Origin: Gemmatimonadota bacterium
GTDB taxonomy: Bacteria; Gemmatimonadota; Gemmatimonadetes; Gemmatimonadales; GWC2-71-9
DNA length: 64,000 nucleotides
NCBI GenBank assembly: GCA_041487875.1
Contig: JBGPOE010000008.1
Span: 8,449-72,448 of the forward strand
Direction of reading: 5' to 3'
The position numbers and the translations under genes are program-made. Numbering within the stretch: position 1 is the first letter of the stretch; the number at the start of each line of letters is the position of its first letter. The notes beneath the pieces were generated by a model, which was not told the DNA's origin, searched no databases, and worked only from the letters and a program-made list of their open reading frames with translations. Below are positions 46,567 to 56,466 of the stretch, piece after piece.

Positions 46567-47772
46567 CTAGGCGGGGAACGCTTCGACGATGACCGCCGCG
46601 CCCTGGCCGCCGCCGATGCAGGCGGAGCCCAGGCCGAAGCGTTGCTTGCCGCGCCGCAGCGCGTGCAGCAGGTGCAGCGTGATGCGCGCGCCGGAGGCGG
46701 CGAGTGGATGGCCGATCGCGATCGCCCCGCCGTGCACGTTGGTCTTGGCACGGTCGAGGCCGAGCTCGCGCTCCACCGCGAGATACTGCGGCGCGAACGC
46801 CTCGTTCACTTCCACCAGATCCATCTGCTCGAGCTTCATGCCAGCCTTGGCGAGCGCCTTGCGCGCCGCGGGCGCGGGGCCGATGCCCATGTACTTGGGC
46901 TCCACGCCCGCCACCGCCCACGCCACGAGCCGGCCGATCGGCTTCAGGCCGCGCGTCTTGGCGAACCCTTCGCCCGCCACGACCACCGCCGCCGCGCCGT
47001 CGCAGATGCCCGACGCGTTGCCCGCCGTCACCAGCCCATCCTTCTTGAAGTAGGGTTTGAGCCCGGCCAGCCCTTCGGCCGTGGTGTCGGGCCGCATGTG
47101 CTCGTCGGCGCGGAAATCGACCGTCTGGCCCTTCTTCTTTATTGGTACGGCGACCACCTCGTCCTGGAACACGCAGTCGTCCCAGGCGCGCTTGGCGCGC
47201 TGCTGCGAGCCGAGTGCCACCTCGTCCACTTCCTTGCGGGTGAGCTTGTACTTCTCGGCCAGCCCCTCGGCTGTCTCGGCCATCGAGAGGCCGCACATGG
47301 GATCCGTGAGCGACGCCCACAGCAAATCTTCGAGCGGTGCCGCGGGCCCGAGCCGCAGGCCCCAGCGGGCGCCGCGGATCACGTGCGGCGCCTGGCTCAT
47401 CGATTCGGCGCCGCCGGCCAGCACGGCGTCCGCTTCGCCCAGCAGAATGAGCTGGGCGGCCTGCGTGATCGCCTCGAACCCGGAGCCACACAACCGGTTG
47501 ACGGTGACCGCGGGGACTTCGATAGGCAGGCCGGCTTTGAGCGCGACGTGGCGGGCGCAGTAGATGGCATCGGCCGATGTTTGGAGGGCGTTGCCGAATA
47601 TCGCGTGGCCGATGTCCTTTGCGGCCACGCCCGAACGCTCGAGCGCGACCCGCGCCGCGATCGCGCCGAGCTCGATGGCCGAGTGGTCCTTGAGCGAGCC
47701 GCCGAACGTGCCGAAGCCCGTGCGGACACCCGAGAGAAAGACGACGTCGGTACCGGCACCCTGGGTCTTCAT
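46567..47772 (-). CDS. Acetyl-CoA C-acyltransferase (thiolase)
   Basis: NRLCGSG, NEAFA, GHPLAASG, CIGGGQG. Confidence 0.95.
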   Translation of the reverse strand: MKTQGAGTDVVFLSGVRTGFGTFGGSLKDHSAIELGAIAARVALERSGVAAKDIGHAIFGNALQTSADAIYCARHVALKAGLPIEVPAVTVNRLCGSGFEAITQAAQLILLGEADAVLAGGAESMSQAPHVIRGARWGLRLGPAAPLEDLLWASLTDPMCGLSMAETAEGLAEKYKLTRKEVDEVALGSQQRAKRAWDDCVFQDEVVAVPIKKKGQTVDFRADEHMRPDTTAEGLAGLKPYFKKDGLVTAGNASGICDGAAAVVVAGEGFAKTRGLKPIGRLVAWAVAGVEPKYMGIGPAPAARKALAKAGMKLEQMDLVEVNEAFAPQYLAVERELGLDRAKTNVHGGAIAIGHPLAASGARITLHLLHALRRGKQRFGLGSACIGGGQGAAVIVEAFPA

Positions 47773-47845
47773 CGGGAAAAACTCCTGCGAGTCTAGCGAC
47801 GGCGGAATATGGGCGGTGGGACGGAGCGGCGGTAGGTTGAGGCGG

Positions 47846-48520
47846 TTATTTCGGCTCCCGCACTCCCACTTCGTCGAGATGTTTCAGCAGATCGGCCGGA
47901 TCCTGGTAGACGCGATAGGCGCCCGCCTGCTGCAGCTCGTCCTCGCCGTAGCCACCCGACAGCAGGCCGACGCCGAGCGCGTGCGCCCGCCGCGCGGCGA
48001 GCAGGTCCCACACGCTGTCGCCCACGACGATCGAGTCCTGCACGGGCACGCCCAGCCGCTCGGCCGCGGCGAGGAACAAATCAGGATCGGGCTTGGCGTG
48101 CTCCACCTGGTCGCGCGTGATCACCGGCACGCCGGCCGGGACGCCGAGCGAGTCGAGCATCGTTTGGGCGCTCTCGAGCCGGCCGCTCGTGGCGATGGCC
48201 CACGGCACGCGGGCGCTGGTGAGATAGGTGAGCAGCTCGCGGGCGCCGGGCAACGGGCGCACGCCCGCTACTTGGCGCGCGAACGATTCCTTGTGGATGC
48301 GCAGGACCCGGGCGGTGTCGGCGTCGGACATGCGGCGCCCCGTCTCGCGCAGCAGCGCGTTCAAGAACAGACCGCCGCTCATGCCGATGCGCCGATGGAT
48401 GCGCCATACCGAGAGCTCGATGCCGGCGCCCTCGAGAGCATCGCGCCAGGCGAGCACGTGCTGGTACACGCTGTCCATCAGCGTGCCGTCCAGGTCGAAG
48501 AGAAACGCGGGGCCGGTCAC
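47846..48520 (-). CDS. HAD-family hydrolase
   Basis: FDLDGTL, ATS, KPDPD, VGDSVWD; GTGA coupling. Confidence 0.9.
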   Translation of the reverse strand: MTGPAFLFDLDGTLMDSVYQHVLAWRDALEGAGIELSVWRIHRRIGMSGGLFLNALLRETGRRMSDADTARVLRIHKESFARQVAGVRPLPGARELLTYLTSARVPWAIATSGRLESAQTMLDSLGVPAGVPVITRDQVEHAKPDPDLFLAAAERLGVPVQDSIVVGDSVWDLLAARRAHALGVGLLSGGYGEDELQQAGAYRVYQDPADLLKHLDEVGVREPK

Positions 48521-49545
48521 AAGCGCTGGGCGACGGCCGCCGCGGCATCGTGGGTGCTCGCCGTGCCGCCCAGATCTTGTGTGCGCACGCCCGCCGCGAG
48601 TGCCGCCTTGACGGCCCGCTCCACGTCGCGCGCGGTAGCCGGGTGGCCCAACGCCTCGAACATCAGCGCGCCCGTGAGCACCGCCGCCATCGGATTGGCG
48701 ACGCCCTTGCCGGCGAGCGGCGGAGCCGAGCCGTGCACTGGCTCGAAAAGACCGGCGCGCCCGGGGTGGAGATTGGCGCTCGCCGCGAGCCCCAGGCCGC
48801 CGACGAGTCCCGCGCCCAGGTCGGAGAGAATGTCGCCGTAGAGGTTGTTGGTCACGATGACCTGGAAGCGCTCCGGCTCGCGCACCAGCTCCATCGCCAG
48901 CGCGTCGACGTAGCGGTGCTCCGCGGTGATGCGCGGATAGTCGGCGGCCACCACTGCGAACGTCTCTTGCCACAGCCGGTGCGCCGGCACGGCATTCGCC
49001 TTGTCGCTCATCGTCACGCGTGTCTTGGCGTGGGCTTGGGCCCAGTCGAACGCCGCGCGAATGATGCGCTCCACGCCCTTGGCGGTGTTCACCTCTTCCG
49101 CGACGCTCTCGGCGGGCGTGATCCTGCCCCGCCCGAGATAGACGCCCTCGGTGTTCTCGCGGAAGATGACGAAGTCGATCGGCGCCGTGCTCTTGAGCGG
49201 GGTCAGATCCGGATGCAGTAACGTCACCGGCCGGAAGTTGATATACAAATCGAGCCGGAACCGCAGGCCCAGCAGGATGTCGCGGGCGTGCTCGTTGCCG
49301 GGCACGCGCGGATCGCCCAACGCGCCGAGGAAGATCGCGGCGACGTCGTCGCGCAGGTGGCGGAACGCGGCGTCGGGGAGCGTTTCCTTGGTCTTGAGGT
49401 AATGGTCAGCCGAGTACGGGAGCCGTTCCCACGCGAGTGCGAAGCCGCCCTGCTTGGCGGCGGCGTCGAGCACGGGGATGGCGGCCGCGATCACCTCGGG
49501 CCCGATCCCGTCGCCGGCGATCACGGCCACGGCATGCGTCTTCAC
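48517..49545 (-). CDS. Isocitrate/isopropylmalate dehydrogenase family protein
   Basis: GDGIGPEV, RENTEG.Y, NLYGDILSD, FEPVHGSAP. Confidence 0.9.
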   Translation of the reverse strand: MKTHAVAVIAGDGIGPEVIAAAIPVLDAAAKQGGFALAWERLPYSADHYLKTKETLPDAAFRHLRDDVAAIFLGALGDPRVPGNEHARDILLGLRFRLDLYINFRPVTLLHPDLTPLKSTAPIDFVIFRENTEGVYLGRGRITPAESVAEEVNTAKGVERIIRAAFDWAQAHAKTRVTMSDKANAVPAHRLWQETFAVVAADYPRITAEHRYVDALAMELVREPERFQVIVTNNLYGDILSDLGAGLVGGLGLAASANLHPGRAGLFEPVHGSAPPLAGKGVANPMAAVLTGALMFEALGHPATARDVERAVKAALAAGVRTQDLGGTASTHDAAAAVAQRL

Positions 49546-49561
49546 GCCGTCTCCGCCCGCG

Positions 49562-50248
49562 TCACTCGAACCCGGTGGAGCGGCCGCAGCCGATGCAGTA
49601 CGCCCAGCCGACGTCCACCTCGCTGCCGCAGGCGGGGCACTTTAGCTCGCCTAGCGGCGGTTGGCCGCAGTGGGGACAGAAGTTGATCTTGCGCGCTCCG
49701 GGCAACGAGCCGCCGCAGTAGGGGCAGCGGCGGGGCGGCGCGCTCTCGGGCGTCTCCGCCAGCTCGAACGCCGGCACGGCGCGCGGGCCGGGCGGCACGG
49801 CGGGCGCGAGCGAGCCCGACACCGGCGGCGGGATGGGATTCTCCGACGTCCAGCTGACCGGCTCTTCCTCTTCGTCTTCCGGCTCGGCCGGCGGGGCGTA
49901 CGCCGCCTCGCCTCGCAGAAACCGCTCCGCCGCGATGCGGTTCACCATCACGCGCGCGTCCGGAAAGTTGCGGAACGCGCCGGGATCGGGATTGACGGCG
50001 GTGACCTCGCGCTGCAGCGCGTCGCGCACGTCGTCCGGCTCGAGCCGTACGAAGCCGCGCTCGCCCGCGAGCAGGCGCAATACGGTCATCTCATAGTCCT
50101 GATGCGTCGCGACCTTCATTGCCGAGCGGTTGGAGCGATACGGCACGAGCCGTTCGTAGACCTCGGCGGCCACGAACGGCACGGCGAGGCGCGTCTCCCG
50201 CGACAGCGCCCGCACGAGCAGCTCGAAGAGGCGGTCGAGTTCATCCAT
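49562..50248 (-). CDS. Double zinc-ribbon domain protein
   Basis: C-terminal CPYC, CPHC, CPAC, CIGC. Confidence 0.75.
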   Translation of the reverse strand: MDELDRLFELLVRALSRETRLAVPFVAAEVYERLVPYRSNRSAMKVATHQDYEMTVLRLLAGERGFVRLEPDDVRDALQREVTAVNPDPGAFRNFPDARVMVNRIAAERFLRGEAAYAPPAEPEDEEEEPVSWTSENPIPPPVSGSLAPAVPPGPRAVPAFELAETPESAPPRRCPYCGGSLPGARKINFCPHCGQPPLGELKCPACGSEVDVGWAYCIGCGRSTGFE

Positions 50249-51295
50249 TCATTTCACCACCACCACGCCCTTCATGTAGGGATGCGGCGTGCAGTGATAG
50301 GTGTACGTGCCCAGCTGGTCGAACCGCCGCGCGTAGCCGCCGTCTTGCGGGATCAACGCCGAGCCCTGGCCGTCGTCGAACGTAATGGTGTGCGAGACCG
50401 GATCGGTGTTGGTCCAGCGGACGGCTTGGCCGGCGGTAATGGTCACCGTGTCGGCGCTGAAGTGGAACCCGCGCATCGTGACCTCGGCGCCGACGGCCGC
50501 GCCGCCGGGGGGCGGTGTCGCGGACGGGGGCGCGGGATGGAATAGCGGGCCGAAGCGCTTCAGCCGCAGCGGGATGGTGAACTCGAAGCCGTACAGCCTC
50601 GTGCTCCCGCCGATCGAGCTGCCCTGGATCGTGCTGGTGAGCCCGTTGCTCACCTCGAAGGCGAACGTGTGGGGCGAGCCGGGAATCGCGATCTGCAGTC
50701 CGGCGCTCCAGGCGGCGAGCACCGTTGGGCTGAGGAACGATCCGATATCGGCGGAGACCGCCACGTAACGGTTGACGCGCGCCACCACACCCCCGCCGAC
50801 CGCGGCGCGGGTGCCCGAACGCCCGAGCGGTTTGCTCGCGAGGCGGGCAGCGCCCTCGAGGGTGAGCGCGCCGCGGGTCCAGTCGAGTCCCAGCTCGCCG
50901 TCGACGCTCTTCGCCAGGAGGTTGTACGCTGGCGTCGCGGCGACGTGCAGGCCCTCGCTTCCTTCGGGACCACCTAACGCGCGCCAGCGCGCGTACACCT
51001 CGGTCTCGTTGGAGGAGTTGGAGCCCGCACCCGCGGCGACCAAGAAGGAATGCGTGCCGAACTGCGCTCCGACGGCGAGCGTGCGCGCCACGCCGGCGGC
51101 GAGCGTGAACGTCGGGAAGTTGACCACGGTATGACTCGGCCCCGGGCTCACGTAGAACCGGTGCAGGAAATTGAACTGTACCACGCCCGCGTCCGGCACC
51201 CAGGTGCCGCCCACGTTGGGCGAGCGGTAGAGCAGCGACTGCGCAGCGAGCGGGGCCGTCGCCAACAGCAGCACGAACGGAAGCGTCCATTTCAT
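50249..51295 (-). CDS. Exported beta-barrel-like domain fused to an amicyanin-type cupredoxin
   Basis: ATGA coupling; signal peptide; FNFLHRF..HTFAFEVSN..LYGFEF beta-rich domain; type-1 Cu site H..YHCTPHPYM. Confidence 0.82.
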   Translation of the reverse strand: MKWTLPFVLLLATAPLAAQSLLYRSPNVGGTWVPDAGVVQFNFLHRFYVSPGPSHTVVNFPTFTLAAGVARTLAVGAQFGTHSFLVAAGAGSNSSNETEVYARWRALGGPEGSEGLHVAATPAYNLLAKSVDGELGLDWTRGALTLEGAARLASKPLGRSGTRAAVGGGVVARVNRYVAVSADIGSFLSPTVLAAWSAGLQIAIPGSPHTFAFEVSNGLTSTIQGSSIGGSTRLYGFEFTIPLRLKRFGPLFHPAPPSATPPPGGAAVGAEVTMRGFHFSADTVTITAGQAVRWTNTDPVSHTITFDDGQGSALIPQDGGYARRFDQLGTYTYHCTPHPYMKGVVVVK

Positions 51296-51795
51296 CGCCA
51301 GTCTCCTTGCCATTTGTCGTACAACACCGGTACCACGCCGCCCTGCTGCAGCACCTCGATCCCCGTGGGGTCGCGGTAGGCTTTGCGGTAGAACACGTGC
51401 GTCACGCCGGAGTTGATCATCAGCTTGGCGCACATCACGCACGGCGAAGCGCTCACGAACACGACTTTGTCTTTGACGCCGCCCGGCGCTTTCACGAGGG
51501 CGTTCATTTCGGAATGAATGCAGCCGCAGTTGCCCGGGACGGCCGAGTCGCACTTGTTGGGGAGGCCCCGCGCGTTGCCGTTGTAGCCGATGGCGAGGAC
51601 GTTCTCGAGCGACCCGGTGGTGACCACCGTGCCGACCTGCAGGCGCGCGCAGGTCGAGCGCTTGGCCAGCTCCTCCGCCATCCGCATATACACCTCGTAC
51701 AGCGGAATGCGGCCGACCGGCGGCGCCGCGGCGCCGTCGGGGAGCAGGTTGAGCGGGTGCGTGTTGCCGGGAATGCCGTCCTTGAAGACGCTCAC
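51292..51795 (-). CDS. dCMP deaminase family protein
   Basis: RSTC, GYNG, HSEMNAL, PCVMCAK. Confidence 0.92.
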   Translation of the reverse strand: MSVFKDGIPGNTHPLNLLPDGAAAPPVGRIPLYEVYMRMAEELAKRSTCARLQVGTVVTTGSLENVLAIGYNGNARGLPNKCDSAVPGNCGCIHSEMNALVKAPGGVKDKVVFVSASPCVMCAKLMINSGVTHVFYRKAYRDPTGIEVLQQGGVVPVLYDKWQGDWR

Positions 51796-52367
51796 GCGAA
51801 CTCCCGGTCGGGATCGTAGTCGGTGTACCGGCCGCGGGCGCGCTGCTGCGCCAGCCAGACGTCGAAGCCGGAGGGGATGAGGCCGTTGGAGCGCTCCTGG
51901 CGCTCGGCGGCGCGCACGGCGAGCTCGTCCACGTATTCATTCTTGGGATGGCCGGCGTGGCCTTCGACCCACTGCCACGCCAATTCGTGGCCCCCCGCGG
52001 CCTGTTCGAGTTTCTGCCACAGCGCCAGGTTTTCGATCTCCCCGCCTTTGCGCTTCCAGCCACGCGCTTTCCAGGCGTGGATCCACTCGCGCATCCCCTG
52101 GATCAGGTACTTGGAATCCGACACGTAGGTGACCGCGGCGCGGCGCCACTGGCGGTGCAGCCACTCGAGCACGGCGATCGCACCCGCCAGCGCCATGCGA
52201 TTGTTGGTCGTATCGGGCGCGAACTCGTAGAAGTCCCAGCGCGCCACGCTGTCGCCGGCGCGGGCTTCCACCAGCGCCGCGTTGCCGCCGGCGTTGGGCG
52301 GCGTGGTCCCGTTGCCGAGGCAGCTCTCGTCGGCGTGGATCAAGATGCGCGGCAGCTCGAGGCTCAA
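51792..52367 (-). CDS. rnhA: Ribonuclease HI
   Basis: DESCLGN, TTNNRM, SDSKY, WVEGHAGHPKNE.VD.LA. Confidence 0.9.
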   Translation of the reverse strand: MSLELPRILIHADESCLGNGTTPPNAGGNAALVEARAGDSVARWDFYEFAPDTTNNRMALAGAIAVLEWLHRQWRRAAVTYVSDSKYLIQGMREWIHAWKARGWKRKGGEIENLALWQKLEQAAGGHELAWQWVEGHAGHPKNEYVDELAVRAAERQERSNGLIPSGFDVWLAQQRARGRYTDYDPDREFA

Positions 52368-53107
52368 GGCTGGATCACGACCGGAATGTCGGTGGTGCGG
52401 AGGATTTCCTCCGCGTGCGAGGCGGTGGCGGCGCTGCTGCGCTCGGCGGGCACGTGCGCCCCGGCGAACAGCGCGTCACACTTGGTACGCGCGATCACGC
52501 GCGCCACCACCTCACCCGGCCGGCCCGCCTCGAGGTGGGTGACGAACGGTACGCGCAGCATGGAGAGCGCGGCTTCGGCCTCGCCCACCACCTGCAATCC
52601 CGCGTCGCGATCGTCGTTGGCGTGGATCAAGTGCACCGTGCTCTCGCCGGCGGTGGCGAAACGCGCGGCCAGCTCGAGTGCGCGCTTGGCCGTGTCGCGG
52701 CCGTCGTACGCCACGGCGCACTGCCGCATCGGCGACGGCGTGCCGCCGCATACGATCACGCTCGCTTGCGCGATCCGGATGAGCGACGCGACCGTGGGCC
52801 CGAGCGTATCCTCCCCAGTCACTACGCCGCGCCGGCCCACGAGCACGGCGTCAGCGCCGTGCGCCAGCTCCGCCAGCGTGATGTAGGGGGCGCCGTCGCG
52901 CTCCACGCCTTCGAATGCGACGCCCAGTTCGGCCGCGCGCTCCTGCGCCCGCGCGAGCATGTGGCTATCCTCGTCCGACTTGCCCGGCTCTCGCACGTAG
53001 GCCGCGACCACCGTTGCGCCGAAGCGCTGCGCCAGGAGCAGCGCCTGCTCGAACGCCGCATCCGCGCGGGGGGAACCGTCGAGACCGACGAGGAGACGCG
53101 TGAACAT
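52364..53107 (-). CDS. Tandem-domain universal stress protein
   Basis: LLVGLDGS, VGRRG..LG; second domain VAYDG. Confidence 0.85.
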   Translation of the reverse strand: MFTRLLVGLDGSPRADAAFEQALLLAQRFGATVVAAYVREPGKSDEDSHMLARAQERAAELGVAFEGVERDGAPYITLAELAHGADAVLVGRRGVVTGEDTLGPTVASLIRIAQASVIVCGGTPSPMRQCAVAYDGRDTAKRALELAARFATAGESTVHLIHANDDRDAGLQVVGEAEAALSMLRVPFVTHLEAGRPGEVVARVIARTKCDALFAGAHVPAERSSAATASHAEEILRTTDIPVVIQP

Positions 53108-53117
53108 TGGTGGGGCC

Positions 53118-53360
53118 TCAGCCCGGCAACACGGCGAAGTATTCGAGCTCGCGCAACGGGAACGCGAGGACTTCCCCCGTCATCGGGAGCCTGCCTTCGA
53201 GCGCTTCGTCGCGCCCCTCGGTCCGCAGCGCCTCCGCCACCACGACATATTCGGTGCCTCGCCGCTTCAGCGCCACCCGGCGCCGCTCCCGCACGGCCTC
53301 CTCGAGCGCGTCGAGCGCATCCGGCGTGAGGCGGCGGTACTCCGGGATCCGGGGCGTCAC
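53118..53360 (-). CDS. Small hypothetical protein
   Basis: Coupled to the selD stop; RRGTEYVV..PMTGE. Confidence 0.6.
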   Translation of the reverse strand: MTPRIPEYRRLTPDALDALEEAVRERRRVALKRRGTEYVVVAEALRTEGRDEALEGRLPMTGEVLAFPLRELEYFAVLPG

Positions 53361-54406
53361 GCGACCGTGATGGTGCCCGCTTGGCCCGCCACCACCCGGC
53401 CGATCACCGCGGCCGCGGGCGTCCCTTCCTTCTGTAGGGCGGAGACCAGGGCGGCGGCCTTAGCCTCGGGCAGGGCGATGAGCAGGCCGCCCGACGTCTG
53501 CGCATCGGCCAGCATCAGCTTGGCGACGTCGTCCACGCCCGCGTCAAACGTCACCACGCTTTCCACACTCTCGAGGTTCCGCCGCGTGCCGCCCGGGATG
53601 GCGCCGCGCTCGGCCAGCTCGCGCACGCGGGGCAGGAACGGCACGGCGGCCAGATCGATGTGTGCCGCGGCGCGGCTCGCTCGCAGCAGCGAATGCAGAT
53701 GCCCCAGCAGACCGAAGCCCGTCACGTCGGTGGCGGCGCGCACGCCCACCGCCAGCATCGCGCGCGCGGCGCCGGCGTTGAGCGTCGCCATTACGCGCAC
53801 GGCGGGCGCCAGGTCCGCCTCGCCGAGCAGGTCGCGCTTCAGGGCGGTCGTGAGAATGCCGGTGCCCAGCGGCTTGGTCAGGACCAGGACGTCGCCCGCG
53901 CGCGCGCCCGCGTTGGTGACGATGCGGTCGGGGTGCGCCTCGCCGATCGCCACCATGCCGTACTTGGGCTCGGGGTCGTCCACCGAGTGGCCGCCCAGCA
54001 CGAACGCGCCCGCTTCGCGCGCGATGTCGCCGCCGCCCCGCAGCACCTCGCCCAGCAGCTCGAGCGGCAGTGTGTCGCGCGGCCAGCCCACCAGGTTCAA
54101 CGCGAGCAATGGCGTGGCGCCCATCGCGTAGACGTCCGAGAAGGCGTTGGCGGCGGCGATGCGGCCGAAGTCGTACGCCGAGTCCACGATGGGCGTGAAG
54201 AAGTCCACCGTCGCCACGAGTGCGCGGTCCGGCGCCGTCTGGAACACGGCAGCGTCATCGCGGCTCGAGGCGTCGACCAGGATCCGGGGATCCGTCGCGA
54301 CGGGCACATGGCGCAAGACCTGCGCCAACTCGGCGGGGCCGAGCTTGCAGGCTCAGCCCGCGCCGTGCGAGTAGCTCGTCAAACGGACGATGGCTTGGGC
54401 GGACAT
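53357..54406 (-). CDS. selD: Selenide, water dikinase, selenocysteine-containing
   Basis: ATG 54406 gives RLTSYSHGAG-U(TGA 54355-54353)-ACKL, in frame with DDAAV, TVDFFTP, TDVTGFGL.GH, DAQTSGGLL. Confidence 0.93.
54309..54327 (-). promoter_or_regulatory. Putative bacterial SECIS hairpin
   Basis: TGGCGCA-GGTCT-TGCGCCA, 25 nt 3' of the in-frame UGA. Confidence 0.7.
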
Positions 54407-54460
54407 GTTGGGCGGAATATGACGGAGAAAGCGGAAACGGGAAGCGGGAGCGCGCCGGGG

Positions 54461-54787
54461 TTACGCCAGCCGCCAGGCGAGGATCCCGCCGGCCACGACG
54501 TAGCGGGCCACGTCGATGAGCGCCGCCCGCCACGCCGGGCGCCGGGGCAGGCCGGCGGCGATCGCGCCCACCAGAAGAAAGAGCAACCACCAGCCGCCGC
54601 TACCGAGCGAGTCGAACCACAGCGAGGCGAACAGCGTCACCAGCAACGCCTCGAGCGCCAGCCGGTAATCCGGCCGCCAAGATGCCACGCCGGGCGGGGG
54701 CGCCGTCGTGACGCGGACCCCCCAGTCCACCGCGAGGAACCACACCGCCACCGGCAGCCACGCGAGCGCGAGGCGGCCGAGCGTCAC
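54461..54787 (-). CDS. Hypothetical membrane protein
   Basis: Hydrophobic; coupled to the upstream stop; EA..TLFASLWFDSLG.GGW. Confidence 0.6.
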   Translation of the reverse strand: MTLGRLALAWLPVAVWFLAVDWGVRVTTAPPPGVASWRPDYRLALEALLVTLFASLWFDSLGSGGWWLLFLLVGAIAAGLPRRPAWRAALIDVARYVVAGGILAWRLA

Positions 54788-56466
54788 CGCCGCGCTCCGG
54801 GCGGCACGTAGCCCGGACCGCGCAGACCACGGCCCGGCCGCGCCGTCGTCAGCTTGCCGTGATCGAGTACGAGCGCGCCGTTCACGAACACGTAGCGCAC
54901 GCCCACCGACGGCTGGTGCGGGTTCTCGAACGTGGCGCGGTCGGCGATCGAGTCGGGGTCGAACACCGTGACGTCGGCAAAGAACCCGGGCTGGAGCAGG
55001 CCCCGGTACTTGAGACCGACGCGCTGCGCCGCCAGCGACGTCATCTTGCGGACCGCGTACTCGAGCGGCATCAGGCGTTCGTCACGCACATAATGACCGA
55101 GGATCCTGGCGAACGTGCCGTACGCGCGCGGGTGCGTGCCGTCCTGCCCGAACGGCCCATCCGGCGCCACGCCGCCCGCATCCGTGTCGAACGACGTCCA
55201 CCACTGCTTCAACGCGAGCCGCACGTCGTCTTCATTCATCAGGAAGTAGATCGCGCCCGTCCGCGCGTGCTCGGCGATCACCAGCTGAAACAGTGTCTCG
55301 TTGGCGTCCTGATGGCGCAGCGCGGCGACGTCGGACAGCCGTTTCCCCGTGTACTGCTTGAGCGAGTCGGCGAAGGGAATGACCAGGACGCCCGTGGGCC
55401 CGCCGGCGGCGCGCATGAAGCGGTCGGTGTTCTTGGGCGGTGCGGTGAGCTCGGCGCGGATGCGCGCGCGCATGGCGGGATTGTTGAGCCGCGCGATCAT
55501 CGAGTCCACGCCGCCGGCGTGCGCCCACGCCGGGATCGAGGCGTCGAGCGACGTGGCGGCGGCGATGTAGGGGTACAGGTTGGCGGTGACGTCGAGCCCC
55601 GCGGCGCGCACCGAGTCGATGCGCCCGAGCACGTGCGCCATGCGGCCGGCGTTCAGGCGGCCCGCCACCTTCAAGTGCCAGATCTCCGCCGGGATGTGCG
55701 CTTCGCGGGCGACTGTGAACACCTCGTTGAGGGCTGAGTCGATGGCGCCGCCCTCGCTCCGCATGTGCGACGCGTACACGCCGCCGTGCCGGCTCGCCGC
55801 CTGGGCCAACGCCACGACCTCCGCGGTGGGCGCGTAAATCGCGGGCGCGTATTCGAGCGCGGTGGAGAGCCCCAGCGCGCCCTGCAGCATCGCCGTGTCC
55901 ACCAACGCCTGCATGTGCGCCAGCTCGGTGGGGGTCGCTGTGCGGTCGTCCGAGCCGATCACAGCCATCCGCACCTGCGTGGCCCCCACGAAAGTGGCGA
56001 GGTTGACGGTCGAGCCGGTGCGCTCGAAGTGCGCGAAGTAGCCGTTCAAGTCGCGCCAGTCTTCCTGGAAGTGGTACTTCTTCATCAGGTCGGAGTCCTG
56101 GGCCACCAGGGCGTCCGTGAGCGGGGCGATCGAGCCGCCCTCTCCCGTGACCTCGGTGGTGATGCCCTGCGTGATCTTCGACAGGACACGGTTGTCGATC
56201 AGGACGTTCTGCTCTGACTGGCCCAGCATGTCGATGAAGCCGGGCGCCACGATCAGGTTCGCGACGTTGAGCGTTTCCCGCGCCGCGGCACCGTCCAGAT
56301 AGCCCACGGCGGCGATGCGGTCGCCGCGGATGGCCACGTCGCCCCGGTAGCGCGGGTTTCCCGCGCCATCCACGATCCAGCCGTTCTTGAGGATGACGTC
56401 GTAGGGACGCCCGCAAGCCGTGAGCCCGAGCGCCAGGAGCCATCCCGCCCGCTTCAATGCTGCCAT
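54784..56466 (-). CDS. N-acyl-D-amino-acid deacylase-like amidohydrolase lipoprotein
   Basis: Lipobox LTAC; YDVILKNG.IVDG.G, APGFID, SHMRSE, HPRAYGTF, ADVTVFDP; alternative start at 56457. Confidence 0.9.
   Translation of the reverse strand: MAALKRAGWLLALGLTACGRPYDVILKNGWIVDGAGNPRYRGDVAIRGDRIAAVGYLDGAAARETLNVANLIVAPGFIDMLGQSEQNVLIDNRVLSKITQGITTEVTGEGGSIAPLTDALVAQDSDLMKKYHFQEDWRDLNGYFAHFERTGSTVNLATFVGATQVRMAVIGSDDRTATPTELAHMQALVDTAMLQGALGLSTALEYAPAIYAPTAEVVALAQAASRHGGVYASHMRSEGGAIDSALNEVFTVAREAHIPAEIWHLKVAGRLNAGRMAHVLGRIDSVRAAGLDVTANLYPYIAAATSLDASIPAWAHAGGVDSMIARLNNPAMRARIRAELTAPPKNTDRFMRAAGGPTGVLVIPFADSLKQYTGKRLSDVAALRHQDANETLFQLVIAEHARTGAIYFLMNEDDVRLALKQWWTSFDTDAGGVAPDGPFGQDGTHPRAYGTFARILGHYVRDERLMPLEYAVRKMTSLAAQRVGLKYRGLLQPGFFADVTVFDPDSIADRATFENPHQPSVGVRYVFVNGALVLDHGKLTTARPGRGLRGPGYVPPGARR

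Noticed and set aside
53357-54328. selD starting at TTG 54328 as in the ORF track, or a truncated pseudogene
   Set aside because: This start omits the catalytic U/C-x-x-K motif; UGA read-through with a SECIS explains it better
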